Assembly: GCA_030704615.1 (NCBI GenBank)
Contig: CM060734.1
Span: forward strand, 54,312,001 to 54,376,000
DNA: 64,000 nucleotides
Reading direction: 5' to 3'
DNA from: Takakia lepidozioides
Lineage: Eukaryota > Plantae > Bryophyta
How positions within the stretch are numbered: the stretch's first letter is position 1; every line of letters starts with the position of its first letter. The notes beneath the pieces are model-generated. The model did no database searches and was not told the DNA's origin. It saw only the letters and a list, made by a program, of their open reading frames with translations. This document shows, piece by piece, positions 1 to 14,632 of the stretch. The position numbers and the translations under genes are program-made.

Positions 1-3000
1 ACTACTAGTGCTGGCAGTGGGAGCTATTGGTACTGATGCAGCTACTGGTCGCGTCGTGCCTCGAGTAATGGAGACGTAGTCAGGTGACCAATACATCCTC
101 CACTCCTCAATCTCTGCTTCATGTCCTCGCCTGAACTCGTGGTAATCGTCCATAGGCGGGCCTTCCAAATGCTGGAACAGTCCCTTCCACGCCATGAATG
201 GGGTGAATAGCTGTGGATTGCGCATCTGCTGCAAATCACACCAGCTGTCGAACTCCTGGATAAAGTCATCCAACTCGATTGTGCCCACAGCTCCAGAGTA
301 CCTACGAGGCCCCTTGGTAGCTCCATACATCTCCTCCATGTCGTCCCACAACAATGGCGAATGAAAGTGCACACTTGTTGATGAAGCCTCCGAGTCTGTG
401 TCTGACTCTACAGTAGTTGAGGGTGGCGGTGAAGGTGGTCTGAACCGAATACCTCGTCTTGTGAACCCACTCTCACTGGTACTGCTTGTAGCCGTACTCC
501 CCTCAAAACCCTTGGGTAACTCCGTAATGACACTCACAATGTGCACCTCCTCCACGTGACACTATAAGGCTCTAGTACTAATCTAATAGTGACACGGGTG
601 GGCACCTGTTGCAGTCTAAGGGTCATATCCCAATGGCTCAGGGCACGTGCTTTGAGACGGTTGCGGGTGTCCTCATTGCAAATGACTGCATCTCCTTCAC
701 GCACAACAAACATGTCATTGCTGATGACTCCCATATGCAATCAATTCGTCCAACTGTTCTCCACTCAAATCAGTCTGAGTTCCTTGGGAAACATAAATCC
801 TGTCCCCTTGTGTGCACAGGCTAAGAGAAGAGACCTGCCCTTCAATTACGTCATCATTTCCCCCAGCCATGCAAGGAGTACATCCACAGATTTATGTCTC
901 ATGTAGACCACAACAGATTCTGGACACAGAATTGTGGATCTTTCATAGCACACTCACACTCTAAAAATTCCACAGATTTTTAGCAGAGTCCCCAAAACAA
1001 AAACCAGGTGTAGATATGTAGATTTCCCCTTTCTGCAGCTATCCACCCAAAAACTGAGTCAAACGGAGTCCATTTGACAAAGTTATGACCAACCAGGCTC
1101 TAAATCATTTAAATTATATCAGAGTTTTTTTTTTTTTTTTTAACACCAAAACGTTCCCGCCATTAAGAACCGTTCCCAGGTTTCATTTGTGGTTACAGGT
1201 GCACCACAGACTTGCTCGCTTAGTGAGCTGCTTTGCTCCAGCGACGACTCTCGAGCTCGGGTGTATGGCTATGGCGATGGTGATGGCCTGTGCAGCGTCA
1301 GGCATCTGTTTCCCGTAATGCAAGCACTCGAGCCATCCCTAATGCAGGGACAAGCCCTGATGATACTCTGTCAGAACCTGGTGGGCAGCTGCCATCTGCA
1401 CTTGCTCTCTCTTCAGACAATCTTCGGACCTAGTGTCAAATGTGGAAGTGGTGAAGGAGCTTATTGACAAAGGCAACTGTGTTGGACTATCCACAGAGTA
1501 GAGAGTAACCAGATCAGCTTCGTCATTTAGTTGAAGCTTGGAGCATAGGTCTGCATACTCCGATAGGGCAAGGCACTATCTCAATTCAGGTAGCGATCAA
1601 TTTCAATGTAGAAGCATACCCGCTAGCGGTATACTGATCCACCACAACATCCCCGTTGGACTTGTCTGCAATGTTCCCTGCAGCTTTGCAAGCTCGTGTA
1701 CCGAGTGTCTGGCCAAGTTGGGCAGCAACAGCATTCAGACTGGCCACAAACTTCAAGGTTGGATAACCACTCACTCCATATCTCGGTCACAGGTCTCCTC
1801 TGTCTTTGAGCTATGTTGGGTGGACTTGCTGGAGGGAAAGGTTGCTGGTCATTCCAACTGACACCAAGCATTTCAGTTCAGCCTTCTACCCGGCCGGCGC
1901 TACCACTGCCGTTGCTGTCCTACCAGCCAATGTCCCCGACCCCGTGCTTGCGACCCTACGCCACCACGCTACCTCCCTGCAGCTCCAACACATGGTTAGA
2001 ATCCCAGTTCTTCACATACGCCGCCATCCTCCAAATTCAGATGAATACCAGCATACTGGTTCGCCCATTGCACATATTGCGTCTTCCACCGAAGATAGAA
2101 TAATTATTGGTGAAGGTGAGTATCAATCGTTTTCCCTGTCTCTTGGCTTCAGCTACCACAAAGCTGAGTGCATCCCTTCCATTTCACCATGTCTGCTATA
2201 GCGTGGAGCGAGAGCTTGAGCGTGGAGCTTGTAGAGCGGGAAAGCTTGAGCTGAGCAGATGAGGCATTTCCTCACTTCCTTGGTCATAACTGTCATATAA
2301 TGAACACTCCATTGGCTGTGTTGAAGAAGCTTAATCCATGCAGCTTCAGAAGCACTCAGGTAGATAATCCACAGATTGTGTTGAATATTTTCAACACTGT
2401 AAGCGGGCTTTTCGCATCGTTACTCTTCATCGATTCTTTCGAGATAACCCGTGGTGCGGAGCACGATGCTATGCCATGGCTGCCAGGGCTCCCTTTCCCG
2501 TACACTCTTCACTGCTCCTCACCTTCTTTCTATAAATCGCTTCTCTGTCTATGTTGCTTTAACAAGGTCTGGATTTGTCACCATTGGACTGACCAAGTAC
2601 AGCAAAGGCTGTAGAGCAATCTGCCTCTCGCGGTGCTCCTGTACAGTTGCAGTTATAGCGACGCACCGAGTGCCCAACTTGTAACAACTATTCAACTGCA
2701 AGCGTTTGTTCCCTTGTCACAACCACACTCTTGCATGCATGCTGCATACAGTCTTCCACCTCTGGAGAAGAAGTCCAGGGACAGAGTTACGGTTGTCAGC
2801 AGCTACCAACAAACATAGTCTTCCTTACATTTGCGCATCATCCTGCTGCTCCACCAGCCTTGTCACAAACATAATCTACCATAATTTTCTTCTCTCACTT
2901 CTAAAACAAAAACCACAAGTGCTTAAAACTAAACTCACCTCTGGCACTCACAGATGCAAGCCTCATCTCTCTCGAGTGATAAACAAGCTAAAAAGGACAC

Positions 3001-3150
3001 ACACTCCCAACACAAGAAATATAAAATCCATCGCTATCACTCATTGAAACAGAAGTCGAGCCAGGGGCACCCCAAGCTATGGGGACTCCACCCCACAACA
3101 ACCTGTACCCCTACATAAGCACACTCAAACCTAAACACATGCAGGAGCTC

Positions 3151-3277
3151 GGTCGCGCAGGCTCAACTCGAGAGAGATGAGCCGCGCGACTGCCGCTCTC
3201 GTGAAGATAAGACGGACCAGGTGTCAAACTAAACTTGACACCTGATTTAACACTTGACCTAAATCCAAGTGTTAAAT
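3151..3277. repeat. Three adjacent short inverted repeats (hairpins)
   Basis: CAGGTGTCAA-N7-TTGACACCTG (3218-3244), ATTTAACACTTG-N9-CAAGTGTTAAAT (3245-3277) and an imperfect GTCGCGC..GGCTCA...TGAGCC..GCGCGAC stem (about 3151-3191). Confidence 0.6.
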
Positions 3278-6200
3278 ACAAATAACTAGTTTTATTCTAG
3301 CTGTTTTCACACTGTGCTTATTTAACTTGACATAGATGACATTGGACACTTGGGGCAACGGCACATGCTACCCTGGAGGTCACACTTGGGCCTAGACATA
3401 GGAGACGCATTTGAATGCATAGGAGTTTGTACTTGGGCTTAGATGACCCTGGACACTTGGGCCAACGGCACAGGCTACCCTAGTGCTGATGAAAAAGAAC
3501 TGCGAAAAACCTAGGAATGTGGTGCGGGGAAATTGTGTAAAATTTTGGGAGTAGTAACATGAAATATTAGTACAAACAAACTTTCATGTTACTCAACTCG
3601 AAGGGTCTCAACTCTGGAGCTCCAGCGATGCACACCTTAACCACATACACATAGATAGTGATTACATTGGGAAACAAAGATTCCTCATGAAGCTTTGGTT
3701 ACAGGGGGATGACAAAAATTCGATAGGAAAACTCTGTATCAAGGAGCTACATGCACAACACAGATATCTGAAGAAGAAGAACGAGGCAGAAGAAGAGGGA
3801 TCCGCATAGGTGTCATGCTATGAGACGTCAGATCTCAGGTGAATCATGAACGGCTTACGATGTACTAAATCGAATCACATAGATAACGGTTGATTTATCG
3901 TGGTTATATTGTTGTTCGTAATTGATGAATCAGGGTTAGGGCTCCAACATGATGGGCCATCCCAGCAGGGGTCCTCATAACCGCCATAGAGTTGAAGTTT
4001 TGGGCTTCCTCGTCCCACACAATTGTACATAAATTGTGTTGCAACCGGCATCATGAAAAAACTATCCCACTGCGTTGACCACGTGACATTCCCTAGGATC
4101 TTACCCAATTTCAATCGAACCCAGTATCTCGTGCGGACGAAGACCTCGTCGACTAATAGCTCCATCGGCTTCATCCCGTCATCCAAAAATAAAAGATATA
4201 TATATATACACATATATACATACAACATGCAAGACCAAGAGGCTGAGTTTTGTAGTGAAAGTACTCTCTTTGCTACTTCTGCCCATCTCATTGTTGCTTT
4301 GGCCAATGGTTATGGATGTCGGCAGCGTGTTGGTAGGGCTTGGCTATGGCTTTGGCACCCCATTGGTGACAACCTTCGAAGAATATATATATATTACAAA
4401 GGCCCACCCCCGAAAGGGGGCAGTAGCCGCAAGACGAAGTGGCTCTTAGTTTACGCCGGCTGCGGTCGGAGTCACCTCTCTATGTTACAAAGGAGCCCAA
4501 AAATGGGCCCCACTACCGACGGTGGTTTTTTGCAGTATGTGACCTGATTGACTTGCAATTTTGCAAATCCCTGCAGGAGGTAGGTAGGCACCTAATGTGC
4601 GGTCAAATTTGGCAAATTTATTTCTATTTCGGGTAGTTATTCTGATTTTTCACCTTGGGGGTCTTTTTTGCAAAAAAATTCAAACTTACCCACTGGCCGC
4701 TTAGGGGGTTAGTGAGAAAAGGAAGCCCATGCAAACGTAAGACTCATGTGGACTGGCATACATGAGGAAAAAAATGTTAAATTATATATACGTTACAATG
4801 TGAGACTTCATATCCAAGTCTTCACTTTTTTTTCTAGTGTTTGCACTAAGCGCTCTACTCTCACAAGCCCAACTTGCATCTCTTTGCGTTGAGACGGTAT
4901 GTGGGCAATGCCTTGAGGTTTGTGAGATAATTTTATGGTGACTACCGACAACGTTTGTTAGTTGTTAGGAGGTCTTGTTTATGTATAGCTGAGATTCTAG
5001 CTGATATATAGCATGTCAACAGCTTGTCACCAGGTCTACAATATTAAAGTTCATCACATGCCCACATTTTCTTACAGGTGCATTTATTCGAAGTTCTTCA
5101 TGAAAACGATCATGGCACTACCGGGAGTTGATTTGATCAATTTTGGTGTCTATCTGTTGTTTCTTGTCACGGCTACTGGTTTGAATCCCCTCTACACATA
5201 TATTCCATATTTCTACCTCATTTCTACTACTTTTGCAATTCTCGTTATGGCTGCTCCAAGTTCAATTGGCATGAAATTAGGTCCTTTGTCACGATGAGTC
5301 TTCTACCCATCTCATACTGGACGTTGATTTGGACATATGTCGTTTATTGAAATGAGTCATGACTTGTAAGCACCTAAACTATTTAACAATATTTGACATA
5401 TGTTTTACACATGTCACAAATTTGGGTGATTCCTTGTTCCAGCCATGAGAAAAGAATCAAAGATTTGGTCCCGATGTCCAAGGTTGTTCAGTCTTGGTTG
5501 AAACCACATCACACCCATCCCACCAATTTTCTTATCTAAGACATGTTCACAGCTGAAATATCGCCTCTACGTTTGTGCATGGGTGGTGGTTGTATCAAAA
5601 GCACAGTTTCAGCCTGTCTGTGAAACTTCTACAGCTAGCCCGTTGACTGCAGACCGCACGGCAGTAATTTCTTATTTCATGAATCTTGGTGGAAATTGCT
5701 GTAACAACAATCGCTTCGGAAGCCTAGCACCACCCAAGTTGATACTAACAATTGCGCTGTTGGGATTTGTGGAGCTTTTGATTGTCAACCCTGCAGCATA
5801 GTAGCCGGCTATGTGGCTAACATAAACAGCCAATGTGCACAATCAATCGATGGGGCATTATATTGTGGTGGCTATGAATATATGAACGAGAATCATGGTC
5901 TAAAGATCATACTTTTCTAAAGCTACGTTGCATCAATGAGAGTCACTTTGGAGGGAACTATGTGGAATCATAACCGTGGGTTAGTTATATATATATATAT
6001 ATATATAATGCACCCTGAGTTAGCATAAATAAGAGCCTCTTCCCCTTGCGGGTACCACCTCTTTATACAAACCAAATATACTACGTTGTGAATATTAAAT
6101 CGTCGCCCGATACGCGAGAGATGATATGACGTCAATGACTTTAATCTACCCAAGTTAGGGCCGTGTTGAACAATCAAACTCTTGTCAAGTGACGGGACTA

Positions 6201-7079
6201 CTTGGGGCAAACAAGGCCAGTGCAAGGAGGAGAGAATCGAGCTCTCTGAACGATCAGGCCTGTTGTTGCTCCCATGGCTGCGGCAATACGTCACTTGGAG
6301 ATGTATTGGTTTTCTGAGCGACAGTAATGTCTTTGAATAAAAAGAGATGCCATAACTTATCATGATAATATGTTTGGCCCTGCCAATTAATACTATGGAT
6401 TTGATTTGTCTTTATTTTTATTTTATTTTTTTGGGACAATAATCTTCAACATATTGTTGGGTTGGTCCCTTAGGGGTACATATTCCTCATGTCATATTTG
6501 TGTGTTCCTGCATCTGTGGTGAATTGTGTGATTGTAGGTAGTACAATTCTAGTGTTTTTCATGAATGCAAATCAGAATAAAAACCGTCATGTGCTCATAA
6601 TATTGTTGGTCTCTAGGCGACTAGTGTATAAATCTTATTCGTTCAATTAATCCCTAAGCGTCGGGAGCCGTTTTGGCGGGCCACCCCCAGACATGACGTA
6701 ATGTCAAGGATGAGGCTGTATATATCTCTCAACAAACATTCATCCACAGAAATGAACCTTACCAACATATAGCTACCTACCATATCTACCTACTCACAAA
6801 TTTGTGGATGAATTGACTGTTAGAATTGGCAGATCATAATAATAAAAATCAATGGTATATTTTCCAACTTCACACAAATTTAGTATAGTCTATCTTATAC
6901 ACCATCAACTTCCTTTGGATTGTCTTGAAATTTGAGTTGCAGATGACCTTTAATTGAAGTGAACCTAACTGCCAAATGCAATTCCTTCTGATCCTAGAGG
7001 GTATAATTTGCAATATTTGTAGGTAGGTTCTGAGGTGATCTGGGATGATAATCTTGGATGTTGTTTCTTGGGAGTGGAT

Positions 7080-8295
7080 CTGCACTCTACAATGTGACCT
7101 CCCATGCCTCTACTATCCGCATATGGCTCAAGACCTGCTCCCCCAGTACCATTCTACCCCTACTACCTCCATCTACCAAACACTCAAAACGGCATATGCC
7201 ACCAATACCCAAACAGACATAGAATCTGATTTCCCCTCTCAAGTAACTAACACACAACACCCTGAACCTATCCGCCACTTGCATACACCATCCAATCCCT
7301 CACCTACTAGGCAAGGATCCCACACCCCCCTAACCACCGCACCATCCCCCCCATCTTCACCACAATACGACGACAATAACAATGCTTACATCATTGAAGC
7401 TATACTAGGAGTTAAAACCCAAACGTCCATTGATGCCTTTGGATCCACCTGCATTGATACATACTATCACTGTCAATGGGCTGGATAGTCTTCCGCAGAC
7501 AACACATGGCAGATAGAAGACGACCTCTTCGGCCTACATGACGATTGCGACCCCGAACACAATCTTGCCCTCCTCACCACCTTCCATAAACAAACCAACA
7601 CCAACTATCTAACACACATGCAGCAATAACACACCACTCCCGCCCAACCTACAGATAACAGATATATACATTAACCACTTTATGCCCCCAACGTGCACAT
7701 CTGCATAACTGAATGTAATCCTGACAAAGATATCAAGCATGATCAACCGCTAATCCACATAGGCCCCCGCCTTTCCAACATTTACGCTCAACATAGCCGC
7801 TTCATTGGCCTCATCCCCAATACAAGACTAACATGGCTCTGGGAGAAATACTCTACTACTACCTCATCCCCACAATCGCTACAACCCCCGAAACAAGACT
7901 TTGCTACCGAATTATATTGGCTGGTTGATCGCTACCTCAAAGACACTCCCCCCAAGAAACCGCGATCCCTCACTAAATTGGAAATAGCATGTGCGCACCA
8001 TACTATACCCCAAGATATTCTCTCCTTACTTATCAACACATTCCAGCTTACTCACTCATATTATTCCAACCCACTGACATGCCCTATGGCATTGCCCACA
8101 TTCTCTAGCCCGCACCACAGAGACTGTATCTTTGGAGCCATACTGCCACCCAGCACACCTGGGAAGGCCGGGGCCTTCCCCACCCTCCACCTGGTTCTCC
8201 TTACGAAGCTCTTCAATGGGCAAAACTTGTTGCGCACTCCTCTCCTACTGCATCCACAATCCTCATCCTCACAGAACAAAATATTCCTAATATCT
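7080..8295 (+). mobile_element. Non-LTR retrotransposon (LINE) ORF2 fragment, part 1: chromodomain plus degenerate PCIF1-like MTase region
   Basis: C/A-rich coding strand. YIIEAILGVK...YYHCQWAG*SSADNTWQIEDDL (7387-7528) fits the chromodomain pattern. YSNPLTC...FSSPHHRDCIFGA...TWEGRGLPHPP is PCIF1-like. The frame continues across the TSD into 14632-14057 (-). Confidence 0.7.
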
Positions 8296-9038
8296 GAGAG
8301 CAGCTAGCGCGTGAGCGTGCTCACGTGAGCAGATTCCCTTAAGCGTGAGCACATTTTAAGCGTGAGCAGAAAATGGAAGTGGAGCGTATAACCGTGGAAG
8401 AAGCAGGGCCCATTGTCGTGGACGCAAACTTGTGCAAATTGGAGGGTAACATACCATGTCGAGACCGAAGACGCCAACCTCCATGCAAGAAAATCTGAGA
8501 TGAATGTGCACGAAAAACTTCTCGATGAAGGTAAGCAAGGATGAATGGCAAAGATGAATGGATAAATGTGGGATGAAAAATGATTGGATGAATGTACCAT
8601 GAATGACTGAAATAAGATTGCTTGTAAAAGAACATTCATGACATTCATCGGATTCATCTCATTCATCTCATTCATTCATCTCATAGAAAGTGTAGTCATA
8701 ACCAATTGTGCAAAGCAAGATTGATCGAGCAAAAAATATTGTGGCGGACGTAGATCAATGTGACATTGGAAAAAATGCAGATTTCGATGGCCTTCATTGC
8801 CAATAACCAGCACGAAGCCATCTGCAAGTCCACCTGGTTGGAACACAAACATGTATTGCAAAACAAGATTGAAATCAAATATTGATTGCAAAACAAGATT
8901 GAAGATTGATCTCATTCTAAGAAAATGTTGTCATTAACTAGCACGAAGCCATCTCCAAAGTCAGATACACTTCAGATTTTCATAACAATGACATGACATA
9001 ATAACCAGCAGAGTTGCAATGCAAATCCCGACTACATC

Positions 9039-10900
9039 TCAAATTGAACCTAAACTATCTCGCTGCAGTAGTGTATGAACGTCACTGGGTCCTAATGTAC
9101 ATTGGTGAATGTACCTGTCTCGTTTAGGATCGCAAAACATCCTCTGAATGTAGATGTAGTAAAGATGCTTGCACGGGACAAATTTGCCTCTCTTATCAAG
9201 AGAGCTTGAGAGCGTGTTCTGAAAGTCCGGACAAATGCAACTAGGAAAATCTCCAATAGTAATCTCATAGGTCCTGTCATGAACATCCGATCTAGAGATC
9301 GCCATGGTGTGCACCCGCCCATTGCCTGACAAGAGGACATTCACAATTTGGGTGACGCGACACTACAGGGTTCTAGCAGACTTTATCTTGCACTCATTAT
9401 CTGCACCAACCTCAACCCAAAAAGCTTTTTTCATGTTTGTTTATTACATGAACTTGTCCGGGTCTGTGGCTCCAGAGATACTTGTGCATCAGGTTGCCAC
9501 TTCCATTGCCCCGCTGCAACCTGCCTCTGGCTCCCTGCTGGTTAAACCCAAAGAAATGGTTGTCTTTGCTGCTAAGCACTTTGTTGACCTATTCAGGGGA
9601 CGGGCCCCCTCGAAGCAAGACATACTCTCTCGTACTGAGACCCTTTTCCATTCCTTTTTGTGGACCAATCGTTGCCCTGTCGAGGACATGCAGGAAAGTT
9701 GGAAGGGAAAGCCATTGGAGAAACCGGCGTTACGACAGTTGGGCATCTCAGAAGGCGAAACCCGGCCTCCTCCAGCATATTAATTTCCAGTTTGGAGAGC
9801 GTGGTTCCTAACTTCACTAGCCATACGGCTGGAATTTGAGGCTTCATTATCACAGAATCCCAAACAGTCCCCATGACACAACGCACAATGTCATCCGGGC
9901 AGAACCAAAACTTGTGAGGCCTAGACTCCCGCGACATGTAATGCTTGAACAAGCTGGTGAATGTCGAGGCAGGAGTTCCGCATGTCCCCTTCGAAATCTG
10001 GGCGGTGCACTTCTGAAACGAGGGTGCCCTAATAGCGACACACTTGACTTTTGATCCTTTGGAGTCCGTTCTATATGCCACATTGCCTCTGTACAGTCAG
10101 ACTCCACTACCGGCAGCATGTTCTCCCCTTCTCCCCGGACTGTAGTGGTTGGAGACTCGAGAGGGAACGATGTTGAAGAAGATTCACCCACGAAAGTGGG
10201 GGGGGCACATGCACACGAGGTACCGAGAAATTGTCCCTATCGTGGAATTGAGTAGGCCATCAACGAAGCAACGGACTTATGCCGCAAAAATGTTGTCACA
10301 ACATTCACCAAACAGCTTCGTATAGCTGATCCTAGACTCGGTGCAGGATTCCTGGACCAGGTGCGGCTCCATTGGAACAAGAGTGGCAAGCCAGAAATGA
10401 CACATGAGAAATGGCATAGGCTTGCAATGGCAATGGTGGAACCAAAGCACAAGGTGCGATCGCTTAAGATCTAGAACTCTGACCCTGTCCTCTGTCAGGC
10501 AAACAACTTTCATTTCGTGGGGCCTTTCAGTGATGTCGACTGGGACAAGTGGCTCCATAAAGCGACATTTTGGTGCCAGGTGCAGAAGTCATCATGCCTT
10601 TGTCGTCGCAATAACTTGCATTGAAATTACAATTGTTTGTAAACGCATCGGAACACAAGCTTGTGTCTTGGCAGCTGGAGGAGAGGGGTTTGGAAGTTAT
10701 GGAGCAAACTCTTCATGACTTCAAAATCGAGGTAATTGAGCCCGATGAATCTTTCGGCACTTTCATTTGGAGGTGGAAAGAGATTGTTTGGAAGTATGCC
10801 TTCTTCCGTGAATTCGCAGTAGAGGGGGGAATTCTGCGTTCTAACCTATTCAATGCGCAGTACAATGGGGAGCAGGCAATGAAGCGAGTCAATTACAGGT
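9039..10900 (-). pseudogene. MULE transposase remnant: C-terminal Cys/Trp domain and SWIM finger; DDE core not seen
   Basis: YEITIGDFPSCICPDF...PCKHLYY is a SWIM CxC..CxH finger. WHIERTP..KC..IRA..KC...FWFCPDDIVRCV aligns by eye with the family-B transposase at 57470-58350. Confidence 0.75.
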
Positions 10901-10961
10901 TAGATTGGAACTGCATTCCCATTTGCATTTGCTTCCTTTTAGACCCGATTGCACTCTATGT

Positions 10962-11665
10962 TCAGGCTTGCGTTAACGCAAGTCTGATTACAGTATTTGA
11001 TGTGGTAGTCCCCTTCCTACACTCTGTGCACTTGTGCAAATCCAAGAAAACCACAATAAGCCTGACCAAGAGTGTTTATTTTTATTTTTATTTTTAAATT
11101 AAATAAAGTTTTTACGAAAGGGGCCTGGTTTCAGACCAGGGCGCAAGCCTGACCAAGAGTGTGTTTTTTTTTTTTTTTTTTTTTTTTTCTCTAATTTCTT
11201 TAATTTTTTAAAGGAAAGGGAACTGGTTTCAAACCAGGGTTCAGGCTTGTGTTAACGCAAGCCTGACGAAGAGTGTGGTTTTTTTTTTTTTTTTTTTTTG
11301 ACCCTCCGAAAGGGGACTGGTTTCAAACCAGGGTTCAGGCTTGCGTTAACGCAAGCCTGACCAAGAGTGTTTTTTTTTTTTTGACCAAGAGTTGAATTTT
11401 ATGTAATCTTTCTGTCCTTCGAGTCGTAGGAAAGGGGACTGGTTTCAGACCAGGGTTCAGGCTTGCATTAACATAAGCCGACCAAGAGTGGAATTTTATG
11501 TAATATTTCCACCATGTATTCATGTTTGCGTATTCATGCTTGCGTTGACGAAAGCATGAATACGGACAGTGGGCACCGTGGGTGAGGGGACTTCTCAGGG
11601 CATATAGTGCAGGTGAGGGGACTTCTCTCAGACCTCGGATCAAGCTTGCGTTGATGCAAACATGA
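10962..11665. repeat. Family-A palindrome array, consensus TCAGGCTTGCGTTAACGCAAGCCTGA
   Basis: About 6-7 exact or degenerate copies (10962, about 11142 half-site, 11242, 11335, 11457, 11535, 11640), interleaved with CTGGTTTCAAACCAG and poly-T. A further copy lies in an intron at about 12881. Confidence 0.85.
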
Positions 11666-11868
11666 TTCAAGCCTGTGTTTGCAATGTGTTTATTCCACAA
11701 CACGCATAGATATGCTGGCTATTCTGATATCAATATGTGATTGGCTTCTGGTGATTTTTAGTTTGCTTTCATCGCAGGTATATCCACGGAGTGCTTTCGC
11801 CTGGCGGTTTTATGAGCTCCTACCCATTCTTCATCGATAGCTAGGCAAAGACAAATCCTAACACAACT

Positions 11869-13560
11869 ATGTACCCAGCCGGTATTTTGGAGGACTGGAG
11901 CAGATCTCATTTGAAAGACTGTGGCTTGTACCTGGATTGCCCCAAACAATCAATCACACCATGGGCGGAGAACATCCTTTGGAACTTGAATGACAATGCG
12001 GAGGCTCTTGCTCCTCTGACGGATAGACAGCTTCAGTTGAGAATCTCCGGTGGGAGTCAGAGTCCGAAGAAAAAAGACAGAAGAAGGAAAAAAAAAAAAG
12101 AGGCTGATCACGTTCAAACTTCAGCTTCTGGACAAGGTAGGGCTCAAAGGGGGTCAAAGGGGCCTGCTCAATGTGACCGGCCATACGAGGCCCTTCCTAA
12201 CCCTGGCAGAGAGGTGTTGCTACTCAATTCCAACACAAGACAGTGAACGAAGGCTTCTTGGACATGATGGCATCTCAGAGGAAAGGAGCCACCAACGTGG
12301 AGAAGTCTCCGACTTGGGAGACACTGTCGTCATTCCTCACTCTGGTAAATTCATTATCTCTTCCAACTTGTGTGTATGTAGATTTGAAGACTGTTTGCAG
12401 GTCTTCTAAGTGGGTATGCTTTCTTTGTTGGATATGAAGGCTGCCAAAGGTCCATCCTAGGTGAACGGGGAGAAGAAACCCTTTGCATGCGAGCTCGTAG
12501 TTGTGGATATTCCTGACGGGCTTCCAGTCCCCGACATTCCTCTGATGGGTGTGACTCCCGCCTGGAATGCATGGGATGATCGCTACTGGCCTTGGGTCTT
12601 CAGATTCTGTGGGCATTCCTTGGCTGACAATGGTTGTCTGCTCATCCTCCAAGCAGCCAATTCAAAGTGTCGGCGCCAGCTCGCCAGTTTCCTTAAGTCA
12701 AGTGGAATGAAGGTGATTAAAAGTTGAAATGGGGTTAACAACTTGCCACTCACAAAGGGGGACTTCCCAAGCCAGAAAGTAGATTCTCATTTCATCATTT
12801 GCTTTCAACCCTCCAGAAATGTCGCTACGGTTTTGACTCGTCTGTTTCCAATTTTTGCATGTCCTTCTCCCCTACTATCTTTGCGTTGACGCAAGCATGG
12901 TGCAAGTGTTCTCTTTAGTTTTTCCCCAGCCCTGGCTTTGGTGCTCACTCCAGTGTCTTCCCTGTTTTAATCGTGCAGACTCGTGCGCTTGCGACGCACA
13001 CTATCTTGTAAGAGAACGCCACCCATCCACACCATCTTCCGCGAAGGAGTTCGAAGTCTTGAAGGGGGGGGGGGCACATGTTGACTCCTCTTGCAATCCG
13101 GTGGATGATGATTTTATCCGGTGGATGCATCACTTATAGTGTTGCGGGCGTCCGGAGAGCCATGGAGAAGTGCACGGGAGAAGAGTCCGGCCTTCATGCA
13201 GACTGTCATCGAGTCCTGCAGTGTCCAAGGGTCCCGGGTTAATGATCTCACTCTTGGAACAAGTTTGTGGTTTGCACTGACAGTCTCGCAATGTTCAGCC
13301 TTCATTTGCTGTTCTTTTTGGATTGCAGGCACGCCTTGCTCTTTGCTCATTGATTGGTTTTGCATGTAGGGGCTTCATCGTGCCTGCAAGGCAGCAGAAA
13401 GGCATCTGTTCGCCTTTGAGGGCGATGCCAACCTCTACAATGAGGTGATAGCTCCTCTCCAAGAGGGCTCGAGTTCAGGCACGCAAACAGATGCGGCGCT
13501 TGCAGCAGTGGCCGTGGAACACGAAGACATTGCCGACATTGACAACGATTTTGATTGTGA
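11869..13560 (+). pseudogene. Intron-containing beta-class N4/N6 DNA methyltransferase-like gene (family A); ParB part not seen
   Basis: CELVVVDIPDG (motif IV position, 12506-12517), FCGHSLADNGCLLIL, EKSPAFMQTVIESCSVQGSRVNDLTLGT (motifs X/I), then after an intron GAS.RACKAAERHLFAFEGD (motif II). GT-AG introns present. Confidence 0.7.
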
Positions 13561-14056
13561 GTAAGTCTACACCATTCTTTTACGTTCATCTTTGTCAGCT
13601 TTTGCTTCTTTAGTTGGGCCTCCACTGTCGTGTGAGGATGGGGGATGCTCATGAAACTTTGGGATGTTTTTGCAGGAGCCCAAGATAGCCAAGGTTCCTC
13701 CCTTTCTTTGCGAACCCGGACTTCTATCCTAGTCTGCCCCCCCTTCTTGAATTGCCATGTTATGTGGAGGCTGCAGCCAAAGCATTTGCTCTCCAGACAT
13801 CTCCCCCTCCTCTGCTTTGCGACCGGAGGGGAAATGTGGATAGCAGGGCTAGGGTGTTCATTGATAGTTGTGCTTCAATTTTGGATGCAAACTCCTCTGG
13901 CAGTGCATCTTCTTGTTCGAAATGATCCATTTCTTTTCAAACTATCTATCAATAAACTAGTACCGAGTTGTTTGATTTGAATCCGGTGTGTGCCTCTGGA
14001 CCTATTCTTCTCTTCATAACTTCCTTCATCTTGTTTCTCCATTCATCCATATTTGA

Positions 14057-14632
14057 TCAAGTAGAGAGAGGGCGTCATAAATGGCCATGAGCTCAACCCG
14101 GAGGATGGTGGCAGGGCCAGGGAGCCTGAGGGCAACGCCTTGACTGGTGCCGGCGTGGTAGATTCCATACTCTGCATTAGGTTTGGTGAGGGATCCATCA
14201 GTGTAATGTGAATTGGCCAGTGGGTATTTGAGGATGATGTTTTGTTGATATATTGCAGGGATTGGGGGTAGAGGTGTTGTTGGCGCGACCTGGGAAGGGC
14301 GTGGTGTACTCGCAATGTTCCAAGCTTTGTTGGTTTTGATCTGGGACAATGTGGTGGGTGTATGGGTGTGGGAGATGATGGTTGGATAATGGATGGTGGC
14401 CTTTATTTTATGAGTGATAGTGAGCAATTGTTCGAGCTGAGAAAAGAAAGATGGCGGTATGGCTGTATGCTGGGGGTTTTGGATGTGTAGAATTAGGGTT
14501 TAGGGTGGGTTCCTTCCGTTTGAGATATTTGGGAGGAGGAGGGGTCTGAATATACTTAAGCTGGTTTGGGTCAATTGTGGCGAGTAGATTGACCCCTTCT
14601 GGGAGTTGTAGAAGACGGTGAGAGATATTAGG
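14057..14632 (-). mobile_element. LINE ORF2 part 2 (inverted), N-terminal half of RNase H
   Basis: HYTDGS...ILRVELMAIYDAL carries the first RNase H Asp and the Glu motif. Joins 8295 in frame across the TSD. Confidence 0.8.

Noticed and set aside
1-3480. Possible degraded accessory ORFs of another retroelement on the minus strand
   Set aside because: Only short broken frames with no recognisable motif or boundary.
3486-7080. Possible solo LTR, LINE scraps or host gene among (TA)n tracts
   Set aside because: No TG..CA pair with TSD and no convincing protein motif.
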